Shown here: one piece after another, positions 63,355 through 64,000 of the stretch
How the letters are laid out: each line of letters starts with the position of its first letter
Numbering within the stretch: position 1 is the stretch's first letter
Source: Escherichia phage vB_vPM_PD06
DNA: 64,000 nucleotides
Reading direction: 5' to 3' (one strand)
Sequence record: NC_052653.1
Notes under the pieces: model-generated
Told to the model about the DNA's origin: nothing
The model's input: the letters and a program-made list of their open reading frames with translations, nothing else
The model's database searches: none
Position numbers and translations under genes: made by a program

Positions 63355-63906
63355 CTATTTCTTAGGTCTTGTAGGCCAAGTTATATTAGGTGCATCTTCA
63401 ACGTTAATTTGAATCAGTGTTGCACGATATAGTTTAACTTTTCCTAACCAATCTTTTTGTTCTTGAGATAAACCTTGTAATTCCTCTAAATCTTGAATCG
63501 CAGACACTTGATTCGTAGCCCAAGTTAACTCCTTTTCTAACTTAAGAGTAGCATCTTCAATAGCAAGACTATTGTGAGGAACAAATTTACCTTCAACATA
63601 TTGCCAAGAGCCAATATTACTTTCATCTTCTATTTTATCTGGTGCATTATATGTAACTAAAATAGATTGTCCGGCAGGGAAATAGGTAGTAACATCTTTA
63701 GTAGCACCACGTACAATATTATTATCATCTAAGGTAATGAAATAAGCGTCGGGATATTCAGCCATCAAAGTTTTTTGAAGTTGATACCAATCATTACCAT
63801 CCTTGTCTTGCAAAAAACCACCGCCAACAGAAAGATAAAGAATGTTCTCCTCTGTTAATTCCGGTTCGTACAATTCAAAACCTGTAAAAATAACATCTTT
63901 TTTCAT
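63355..63906 (-). CDS. Putative tail fiber assembly/chaperone protein
   Basis: AAGGAGAG RBS; C-terminal region resembles Tfa-like chaperones. Confidence 0.45.
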   Translation of the reverse strand: MKKDVIFTGFELYEPELTEENILYLSVGGGFLQDKDGNDWYQLQKTLMAEYPDAYFITLDDNNIVRGATKDVTTYFPAGQSILVTYNAPDKIEDESNIGSWQYVEGKFVPHNSLAIEDATLKLEKELTWATNQVSAIQDLEELQGLSQEQKDWLGKVKLYRATLIQINVEDAPNITWPTRPKK

Positions 63907-63915
63907 AGACTCTCC

Positions 63916-64000
63916 TTATGAAACGTTGGTTACTGTTATCCAGCTACCATTAATATAATATTGTAGCGGGGCTGACCAATACCAAGCACCACGAAGTTCT
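63916..64000 (-). CDS. C-terminal fragment of a leftward gene truncated by the window edge
   Basis: Open frame from window end to TAA at 63918-63916 (...YYINGSWITVTNVS*). Confidence 0.4.
   Translation of the reverse strand, partial: ELRGAWYWSAPLQYYINGSWITVTNVS

Overview
The window reads as one contiguous piece of a virulent tailed-phage (Caudoviricetes) genome with enterobacterial-style signals (AT-rich coding, AGGAG-type RBS, sigma70-like promoters, GNRA/UUCG-loop intrinsic terminators). No tRNA, rRNA, CRISPR array or integrase was found. Layout: (1) 1-1057 is AT-rich and non-coding. (2) 1058-11722 is a leftward array of about 45 small early-like genes, separated by at least 18 copies of a conserved box+hairpin element. 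(3) 11.7-13.0 kb is a regulatory hub with divergent consensus sigma70 promoters, GAGAAT-core palindromes and three tandem ~70-bp direct repeats. (4) 13072-18251 is a leftward accessory cassette: NADAR-domain protein, multi-zinc-ribbon/T5orf172-like protein, AAA ATPase, membrane proteins. (5) 18.3-56.6 kb is a rightward block: small genes; an SF1 UvrD-like helicase interrupted by an intein; MazG-like and YqeY-like proteins; anaerobic ribonucleotide reductase nrdD split by a 290-nt ORF-less group I intron, plus nrdG; a second AAA ATPase paralogous to the leftward one; a Ter-like module (HAD hydrolase, phosphoribosyltransferase, macro domain, TerC, lipoprotein, TelA-like, vWA/TerY-like, TerD); a secreted cell-wall hydrolase; a four-gene glycosyltransferase cluster; gp4-like primase-helicase; family A DNA polymerase interrupted by a LAGLIDADG-type intein; small nucleotidyltransferase; SSB-like protein; DNA adenine methyltransferase. 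(6) 56.6-64.0 kb is a leftward tail-fiber/tailspike block. The main candidates for an undescribed system are the phage-borne Ter-like/ADP-ribose module and the NADAR cassette. All domain calls come from motifs read by eye in the translations; no database search was run, and coordinates of elements not in the ORF track were counted by hand.
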